In this document: positions 54,527 to 64,000 of the stretch, piece by piece | How the letters are laid out: the number at the start of each line of letters is the position of its first letter | Numbering within the stretch: position 1 is the stretch's first letter | Assembly: GCA_000165425.1 (NCBI GenBank) | Contig: CT868318.1 | Coordinates: 62,001-126,000 of the forward strand | Origin: Paramecium tetraurelia | Lineage: Eukaryota | Length of the DNA stretch: 64,000 nucleotides | Direction: 5' to 3' | Made by a program: the position numbers and the translations under genes | The notes under the pieces: model-generated | Seen by the model: the letters and a program-made list of their open reading frames with translations, nothing else | Databases searched by the model: none | What the model was told of the DNA's origin: nothing

Positions 54527-55120
54527 TTTGTTATATTATTATTTCAATATGATTACAAATCTATATTAGATGTAACCAAAATAATAATTTAATCATGCTT
54601 GTCAATAATAATTAGAAGATCACATAATTATTTAATCTTTGAAAATTGATATTCATATAAAATGATTTAAAATTTATAATAATTATTAGTAGAAAATTTT
54701 TGTTCATTAATAGATATTTTATACCAATCAACATACTTTTGTATTCAGCTATTGTCAATCATTTTGGCACCTTTAGTAAATATTTAATTCAAATTCTTTT
54801 ATATTACATAAATGAAATATTTTATATAAATGAGTTAAATAAAATAATCATAATAAACAAGTGAATTTGTTATAATTTAATATAAGAGAGTATTTTCCTT
54901 ATTCCTTTATCTTACAATAACATTGTAGAATGAACAAATGATTAAATTTATGAAATTCAATAAAGTAAATCCTTTAATTTTAATTATTCTTAGATAAAAA
55001 CAACATACCTTCAAAATAAAGGTGGTTTAATGCTTTATATACATTGAAATCTGAAATGAAATTATATAATAGAGTGTAATGCTTTTTAAATGAATTAAAA
55101 TATATAATTTATATATCAAA

Positions 55121-56694
55121 ATGAACAGAAGAAAGAGTCCGATCTACAAATCACCAGGATTAAGTCCAAATATCAAGCCTGGGCTATTTTCAAATCCATC
55201 GGAATTGAATAAATTGAATAAATAGAAAACTGTAAAAGTTGACGAATCTTAATCGCCTCTGTTGAAAGAGAGCAAAGAAACAAAAATACCTCCGAAACTG
55301 CAAAAGAGTTACAGGTTTGATTACTTGTTATATAGTAGTGCCACTAAATTATTCAGCAACAATATTAAAGTGGCGAAATAATAACCTGAGGAGAAAGATG
55401 ATAAGATCATGGAAACCTTATAGAAATTGTTGAAGGAATTGATGGAATTCAATGAAAACATTGATTAAAGCCAAGTAACTAATATTGAAGAATGGTGCTG
55501 TGAAATCTTGGAGAAATTAAACTAGATTAAAGCAAATATAGAAAGTAAGGAGAGTTTGATATTTTAGGAAAGGAAGATCATTCTGCTTGTGATGCTTTGA
55601 TGTAATAGTAATATTGTTAATTTATATAGATAGAGATATATTGACAAAGTTATTGAAAGAACTCTAGGAGGAAAAGAAGGAGCGTTATAGAATTGAAGAG
55701 GAAGCCACCAATCTCATTACAGAGTAGGAGATTGAAATAAATCGATTGGAGAAGGAGCTGAGATTATTGGAAGAGAAACACTAATTATAATGATATTAAA
55801 AATATAATCTGTTAAAATTTATGTTGAGAGACGCTGGAGTGGAACAGACACATTAATTAATCGACAAAATAGAAATGAGAGTCAAAAACTTTCTCAAGAC
55901 TCAATCTACCAAGCAAATATAACCATTGCAATTAAACAATTCAAATTTAGACTTTAATAATAGACACATATCGATGTATTCAAAAAAAGAGAAGGGAGAC
56001 TCTAACATTTTCAGTCAATTAGAAAATATTCCACCATAGAAACAATTGACATAATGTTCGAGAACATCAGATTGCCAAATTCCATTATTGAAAGAAATCT
56101 AAGAGATTGATCAATCATATAAAATTGAAATCGATTAACTCAAAAATACAATTGTACAACTTAAATAAGTCATTGAAGAGCTTAAGGAATGTGTCACTGG
56201 ATTAACATAACAGTTAGATTTCAAATAGAAGTAAAAATTGTATTTACTTTAGAGAAGTTGATTAAATTAACAAAGAAAACGAAAATAATAAAATTCTAGT
56301 GTAGACATTACGAGATGAAAATTCCTATCTAACAAGAGAAATTTAACAGTTAATGAATGCATAAAATCCAGGCAATCCTAAAGTTAGTTCTTTAACAATT
56401 GAAGTTTAGGAGGAGAGAAAAAGAAGTGAAAAATTATAACTCGAAATAAGTGAAATCAAATCAAGAGTTGAAAAATAGAGAGATTCTGCAAAAACGAATT
56501 CAGACTTCTAAATCATAGAAAAATTGGTTCATAAGTTAGAGGAGGCTTAGGAATAACAGCAACGTTAAAATTAATAGTTTATGAAATACGTAATATAATA
56601 TTTGGAGAAATAATAAAATCAGTCTTTGAGACCAAGCTCCACAATATTTTAGAGTAATCACAAAAAACAAAAGTCTAGTTTAAAGAAAAAATGA
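55121..56694 (+). CDS. Coiled-coil hypothetical protein
   Basis: MNRRKSPIYKSPGLSP...; E/Q/K heptads; several tiny introns; TGA 56692-56694. Confidence 0.75.
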
Positions 56695-56733
56695 TTTATT
56701 TGCATTAAAATAATTACATAATTTAATTTTTAA

Positions 56734-57869
56734 ATGGCAGAAAGAGGTCACGCTTTAAAATAGGATATAAGTAAATTAGCTTGGGAAGAGACTGATTTTC
56801 CAATTGTTTGTAATAATTGTCTTGGGGAAAATCCCTACATCAGAATGGTACATATAAATGTTTAATCAATTCTAAGCTCAAAGATAGATTTGGAAAGGAA
56901 TGTAGAATCTGTGCGAGACCATTCACAACTTTCAAATGGAAGCCTGGGAATAACTCAAGATAGAAATAAACTGAAGTTTGTTAGACTTGTGGCAAAATTA
57001 AAAATATTTGCTAAGCTTGTTTTAAAGATTTAGAATTTAACATGGGATTATGCACAAGAGATAAATTCTTAGGAGATTAAAAAATTGAAATTCCTGAACA
57101 TACAGCAAACAGAGACTATTGGGCAGAATAAGCTAATCGTCAGATCGAGAGATTAATTTTACCATATGATAAGCCATTGCCAATGTTTGATCAAATACTC
57201 AAAGAGCCAAGATTGGCAGATGTAAATAATCAATTAAATGATGGAAAATCAGAACCAGCTAATTAAATATATGCAGAGCCATTAGAAAATCCTTAAGATA
57301 TTGATCTATTATATAAGGAAAAGTTTGAAGCCAAAGGCTTGTTGGCCCCTGATGATCCAAAAATCTGCAGTCTATATGTTTCCCATATGACAGCTGATAT
57401 CAAGGAATCAGACTTGAAGTAAATCCATCTTATAAATAGACATCTATTTTCAAAATATGGAAAGTTAAATTCAATTAAAATAATGGAACATGGTCAAAGT
57501 TGCTTCATCAATTTTGCAAAGAGAAAAGACGCAGAAACCGCTGTCAATGCCTTATATAACAATATAATAATAAAGGATATCATTTGCAAAATACAATGGG
57601 CTAGAGCTCCAAATAAAAAAGTTCCTATTAAAGGTATTTGCTTTTGAATAATAAATAGATCTAATATAATCCTTGTAGCCAGAAGAGAACAAGAAAGCTC
57701 ATCCTCCTTAAGCTCCACCATAAAATATTGATAAACGATAGCAATCTGAAGATAAGTATGTTTGATATATAAATAATGTAGTTTGCTTATAGGATTACTT
57801 AATTAGCAAATGACATATCCAAATTAAAATCCATATTAAAAGGGGGGTGTAAATAATAAAGACATATGA
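56734..57869 (+). CDS. RBM22: Pre-mRNA splicing factor RBM22/Slt11(Ecm2)-like
   Basis: [56 protein letters not shown] (SLYVSH...[14 protein letters not shown]...KIQWAR), terminal YPNQNP. Confidence 0.88.
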
Positions 57870-57977
57870 TAATATCATTCTATTATTGGTTATTTAAGCA
57901 ACAATTTAATTATATAATCAAAATCAAATATATATTCAAAAAAGAATGAAATTTGAATTATTAATATTATTATATAA

Positions 57978-58382
57978 ATGCAAGGGGCAAAATCAGTAAG
58001 AGCATCACACATCCTACTAAAATCTACACAATCAAGAAACCCTTATGACAGGGTTAGAGACAAATAGGTCACTAGGTACATTCTTCATTTATGTATATTA
58101 GATCTGATGCTGATGCAGAGAAAGGAATCAGAGAAATCAGAGCCTAAGTTGAAAACAATTTAAACTTATTTGCTAAAATAGCCTAAGAGAGAAGTGAAGT
58201 ATATCATAATGTAAAAGAAACGATAGTGTTCTTCTTGTTAAAAGGGTGGGGATTTAGGTGACTTTACAAGGGGATAAATGTAAAAGTAGTTTGAGGATGT
58301 GGCATTTGCATTGAAAGTTGGAGAGTTGAGTCAACCAGTAAAAAGCGATTCAGGATGGCACATCATTCTTAGAACAGGTTGA
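57978..58382 (+). CDS. PIN1: Parvulin-type peptidyl-prolyl isomerase, Pin1-like without WW domain
   Basis: [71 protein letters not shown]; two tiny introns. Confidence 0.92.
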
Positions 58383-58415
58383 TGAAAATTATTTTTTCAA
58401 AGTCATATATTAATA

Positions 58416-58951
58416 ATGAAATTTATTATCTTCAATATACTAGTTTATTTTGTAGTTAGTGAGGTAGAAACTGTCTTTGAAGATGGAATTGAATGGACTA
58501 AAATGCCTATCGAATTTGAAGAAGTTGAATAACCAATAGAGAACTTGTAAGGAGGCGAAGGCACTACAAATTACGGAAAAGTTGATTATGGGATTACAGA
58601 GGAAATGGCTAAGATGTTTAAAACCTTGAACGATCCTCATTATGATGTGATAACTCGTCCCATTATTAAAGAGATTGGATTGGACTTCTTTGAAAGCCAT
58701 TATAAGTCATTTTGCAATACAGAGTAATTCTTCGAGAGATTAATATATCAAGGAAGCAATGTTGAATTCAATACCATTAATATGATTGTATTTTATTAGT
58801 TCCTACATAGTACCATGTCAAAATGACTGTTAATGAGTTCATGGTTGAGTTTAGCCTTAAAAATTGGGACAGTGAAAAAAACGACTTCTAAATCAAGGAA
58901 TTCACCAAGTGTGAAATTTATATAAGAGAATAAAAAAAATAGGACTTATGA
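58416..58951 (+). CDS. Signal-peptide protein ending in KQDL (putative ER-lumenal, 170 aa)
   Basis: MKFIIFNILVYFVVS signal; one 23-nt intron; C-terminus ...EQKKQDL then TGA 58949-58951. Confidence 0.75.
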
Positions 58952-59299
58952 AAATTATTTTATATTGTTTGAATAACTGAGATTTTCTATTTTGAATTCA
59001 TTTTTGAGATATTAAAGATCTCAAATTGTTGCAAGTGCATCATATTTCATTTAGCAACTTTTATAAATTAATTTCGACTTCTCTCAATTAATTATTTTTT
59101 ACTCACTCATAGACTATTGAATGGTCTTTTTGATATGTAGTTTATTCTCTGGTCTCTAGGATCTGATCTAAATTTTAATCATTTATACTACATAAAAGAT
59201 AATTTTGGGCATTTATGAATTTTATTCTTTTTTAAATTTTGATTAAATTCTTTAGCTGCTTCTTATGATTCGAAATTTACAAAAGGTTTAAATATATTC

Positions 59300-59449
59300 N
59301 NNNNNNNNNNNNNNNNNNNNNNNNNNNNNNNNNNNNNNNNNNNNNNNNNNNNNNNNNNNNNNNNNNNNNNNNNNNNNNNNNNNNNNNNNNNNNNNNNNNN
59401 NNNNNNNNNNNNNNNNNNNNNNNNNNNNNNNNNNNNNNNNNNNNNNNNN
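59300..59449. other. Assembly gap (150 N)
   Basis: Run of n characters. Confidence 1.
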
Positions 59450-59828
59450 AGTTACTAAAATTTTTTAAAGTAAATACCTTCAAATAAAATTCTCATAAAT
59501 AATTAATAGTTCTGGTTTAAAGCTATAGAAATCAGGACAAAAATACTTGTTCAAATTAATCTATTATTGATAGAATGTAGAATAAATAAAATAATTTTAT
59601 CTAAGAAATAAATTAAGTCTTAATTTTGTTTATGATAAAATTAAACAAAAAAAAAAAGTATTATTTTACCTATTGTTATTTTACCGAATATATTTATAAT
59701 ATTTCTTCTTGAATATTCCTCAAATATTACCATAATACATCGGATAATATCTGATTGATTTTTTGTAAAGTAAACTATGTGAGATCTAATTACATTCTAA
59801 TATATTTTATTTATTAAAACAATTATAA

Positions 59829-62800
59829 ATGATATTCATGTTATCATATTGGTTGGTATTTCAAGTCATTAATGCTTTATCAGGAACGGTTAACCCTGTT
59901 TAACAGAGATATTAATACCAATATTAAATGTTAGACTGGAATAATTCCTTATATTTCACAGTTGAATAAATATATATACCAGCTTCTTACTAATATTCAA
60001 GTTACTAATCAAATAGCATCAAATATTTTATCATATTTGCAATTTCTAGTGGACGGGTTACAGATGAGGAAGTTTAGAATGTATTTTTACAATATTTAAA
60101 AATTGATACATCTCTGAAGACTTTGACCCACTATTTTGAAATACTAACACAGAAACAGAAATACTTGTAATAAGTCGCAGTTACTAGTTTAAATTACGAG
60201 GGTTTCTGGTATAGTTTGGAAATAAGAAACGATGCTTTGTAAAAAAGTTTAAACATCACTTACTATTAAAATTCTAATAAGAATATTATATATCAAAAGA
60301 TATACCAAAACGAATATTTCGCTATTACTGATTATTTTTCATTTTATTTAGGGGAATCAAAAATTGTATACAATATATTTAAAATATAATTAGTCTAAAT
60401 AGTTAGGATATTATCAATTTTAAGGTGTAATTAAATTCCAATTGATAGCAAATACCACTAAGTTTAGTCCAACCGCTTAAAGTGCTTGTAGCTCATCTTC
60501 TGGTTACGCTATGAAAAGTTAATTTAATTTTACTTCAGATTTTTATTATGAGCATACAATTAAGGACTTAGTTTTTAAATCATACGGAGTAACCACTTGG
60601 GCGAAGATAGATGAAAACAAAGCAGTAGACAATAACTATATAAATGTTCTTCATATACAGTAGAATCCAAATTCAAAATATCAGAACTATATAGGAGGAA
60701 AATTAGCTTAAGTGACATATTTCATAAATTCAACAAAGCAACTGATCTAGATATTCTACTAGACCTACACCTTCCCCTCCTTACCTTAATTATCAAATAC
60801 TGGTGATCCCTTAGAAAAGAGTGTCATTTATGAACTCGATAATTAATATTCACTTTTTAATTGGCATTATTTCTCATACTCATTTAGAAACAATTAGATT
60901 TATTTGAATTTAAATTTTGTTAAGCAGAATTACTAATTTATAAAGACGATCACAAGTGTCAATTAATTTTCTGATTTGATGCTTGTGGTTCATTTAGGAG
61001 GAACACCTACAAATAGGAGCAATACAAGTGGATAGTTTAATCTAGCCTACTTTTACCCTTGTCTTAATTCTTATACTCCAAAATGCCATTATTCATGTTC
61101 TACATGCATAGGACCTCAATCAAATTAGTGTTTAAGTTGCACAACGTCCTCTAATAGATAATTATCATTTGATTTCAAATGCATCTGTAAGCTTGGATAC
61201 TTAGATTTGAGTTTGAGCACATGTTATTCGATTTCAACAGCAACAGTTTAAGATTAATTAGTACCTCTATCCACTTCTAAAGAATATGACTAGTAGGATC
61301 CTTATATAATATGTAGTTATGGCTATTTTAGATATGATGACATATGTTATTAATGGTAATTGTTTGATATGTATATGTTAGTCCTAAATTGAAAAAGCTG
61401 TACTTTTGTCCGGAATGTATCTAATATACAAATACTTGGGTTTATAATCCGATTTGTACTAAAGATTATCAATAATATAATCAGAGTGAAAATAATACTT
61501 TTACTTAAGACATAATAGCACCATTATAAATACTTTTATTGAATATCGAGCCTTACACGGTTTATTTATTTAATGATGAACAGCTTACAATGTGTGCCTA
61601 TTGCAATAGTTTATGTCTAACTTATCCATATTCTTCAAGTTGCCTTTAGAGTAATTATTATCATTTGCAATAACAAATAATGGTAATTTGTTCATAAGGG
61701 GCAGTTTTAATGGATGGAGAATGTAAATAATAATGCTATGAAGGATGTTAAAAATGCGATTATATTAATAAAGAATTTTTGTGTTTGGATTAAGATCCAA
61801 TACAAATTGTGACTAGAAAATGTTAGTATATATCTACATCTGTCTGCAAGTAATGCTATGACAATAATAATTACTTTTTAAACATGGAGTAGAATGATTG
61901 TTATCCATGTACCATCCCAAATTGTAAATATTGCTTCTAATATTTAAAATCGGACTTTAATTACAATTCAATCTTTTAACATTAACCATTTGTTTATGAT
62001 CAAGAGGATTTAGCTGTAGCTTGTGCTCTATGTCAAAGTGGTTATGCTTTTAGTTTTTTCACAGGACAATGTGAAAAATAACTTAACATCTTATTGGGAG
62101 ATTCATGTTCCAGTTATTACATAAATTAATAAGGGAAATCAACATGTCTTGTTGACAAAGACTTTTCACTTAGTAGTACTGTTTACGATTGCAGATAATA
62201 TTTGTCATAATGTATCACATGTACTAGGGTTCTTTAAAATACATATTATTGTCTCTAATGTGAATCTGGGTACTATTTGCATAACAATTATGGTGTTTGT
62301 ATGTCTTGTATTGAATATAATCCTTTGTATTCAGAATGCGAATAAGTCCAAGTTTTTGAACCCTTATTTAAAATTGAATTGGCCCCTTTCTTTTTTAGTT
62401 TAACTAAATAATATCCTGGGTAACAAGTTCTGGAAACTTTGAAAATCAAAGTTAAGTCATGTATCAGTACTTATGGTATTTTTAGTGATACCATTTGTTC
62501 AAAAAGTGATTCAATAAATTGCGAATTTTATGATAGAGGATGCAGAACTTGTGCATCTACTAATGAGGGAACTAAAAGGCTTACCCTTATTAATTTAAAA
62601 TGTTCCGATTGTCCTTATTTTTGCGAATATTGCAAGCCTCGTGAAATTCAGGACATATATTTAATTAATCCTTATACAAATGTAACTGCTACACTTCCTG
62701 AGCTTACTTACAGATGCATTCAAAAATCCAGTATTCATAAAACTGTATTTTTTGATAATCGTATACAATTAGTCAGAATATGCTCTCAAGAAATTCCAAA

Positions 62801-64000
62801 ATGCGAATTATATCACATCTAGGTATCCATTTATTAATATATACAGAAATTCACAAATTTAAAAACCTTTTACTCAGCCATGATATCCTTAAGCACAACT
62901 AATGCCCTACAATATTATAATCTGAGAGGTAGTTCAGGATTTTCATTTTTTATTAACTCTAGCGCTACTTATTTAATGGATAATTCCTTTTTTTCTCTTT
63001 ATGATATACCAAACAATTATATATCATAGATTGTAAGTCTTAAATATACAAAATTCACTTATTTTTCTTAAAGTATTTCTTATGCCTTAATATTTGGAAA
63101 GCTCAGATTTCTAAATTTTTAGGAAATTTAGTTTATTCAAACTAGTATCCTCTTCAGCTTAACTTAATCATCTTAATTAATTTTTGAATCACTTGGATCC
63201 ATAAATCTTCTATTTGAAAACTGTATTATTGAAGATTCAAACACAACATTTAGTTATTATAATCAAATTTTTGATGTATCAATTTCATCTAGATCTTACT
63301 AAATTGCTGTATAAAACCCTTATAGAATCAATTTTACTAATGTCATCATTTCAAACATTTCCTTATTGAACACAACATTTCTTAATCTAACAACTGTAAA
63401 TAAATAAATTAACCAACTTGATTATATTTATTTTTAAAATGTAACATTTTTTAATTGTTCATTCTCCTAAACTAATATTATAAATTTGTTGGAGGCGAAT
63501 CAATATAAATATATTTCTATAATCCAATTGAGCTTTATAGATTGCAATTTTAGCAAAAGTTATTTTATTCATACATTTGGCTTACAACTAAAAGGCAAAT
63601 TTATACTTTAAAATTTAGTTATGAAGAATTGTTTTATGAGAAATTCAGCTTTAATAACTATTCCTGTTACTATAACTACGACAATTAATGATTTGCATCT
63701 TTAAAGCGTTTAGTTTTACGATACTGATTTCATTCAAGTATCTTCTTCAGCATTTATTTAAAACATTATTGTGTAAGATAGTAAGTTTTCGAATTCCAAA
63801 ATCATCCACAAAATCAAATCTCTCATATCCTCTGCTAAGGAGGAATATCTTATAGAAAATCTCTAAATATTCGATTGCTATTATTAGGAACTCAACATTG
63901 TATTAATGCCTTAATACAGTATTGAAGATATTAAAGTAACATTAAGATCTATTTAAACTTAAAGCCTTCATTCCCTTAATTATTATTTGAACATGGACTA
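59829..64000 (+). CDS. Very large Cys-rich surface protein (LamG/ConA-like, furin-like repeats, pectin-lyase-like beta-helix), truncated by the window end
   Basis: Signal peptide MIFMLSYWLVFQVINA; YGVTTWAKI / WHYFSY LamG-like motifs; CHYSCSTCIGPQSNQCLSC and further CxxC repeats; then I-x-F-x-N-V/C-x-F repeats; open at 64000. Confidence 0.8.

Noticed and set aside
59277..59483. ORF containing a poly-X run
   Set aside because: Artefact of the N gap.
1..64000. Apparent mass pseudogenisation (stops in every gene)
   Set aside because: TAA/TAG encode Gln here and tiny introns explain the frameshifts.
1..64000. IESs, transposons, telomeric repeats, CRISPR arrays, tRNA/rRNA
   Set aside because: None recognised by eye; TA-bounded IESs cannot be called without germline sequence, and genes appear already contiguous.

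Overview
Very AT-rich, gene-dense eukaryotic DNA that reads as ciliate macronuclear sequence, most likely Paramecium. Genes open only when TAA/TAG are read as Gln with TGA as the sole stop, and they carry 20-33 nt GT-AG introns. The supplied standard-code ORF track is therefore mostly fragments or shadow ORFs. I re-translated the window by hand and support about 35 protein genes plus one assembly gap (59300-59449). Recognisable genes: PIG-A, a PSTAMRE CDK, a CK1-like kinase, DRC7, an RBM22/Ecm2-like splicing factor, a WW-less Pin1, a mitochondrial carrier, an alpha/beta-hydrolase lipase, a CPBP/CAAX protease, a PX sorting nexin, bZIP, CCT and RING-H2 proteins, SAXO-like and CFAP119-like axonemal proteins. 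Most unusual: (1) two ~1500-aa paralogous type I membrane proteins with four shared intron positions, plus a separate secreted single-module homologue; (2) a divergent gene pair with only 7 bp between start codons; (3) a beta-like tubulin lacking GGGTGSG; (4) an N-extended divergent cytochrome c; (5) a PHD/EGLN-like oxygenase lacking the distal His; (6) a 74-nt intron in a tiny-intron genome. No tRNA, rRNA, CRISPR, telomere or transposon was recognised. All translations and family calls are manual and from memory; no searches were run.
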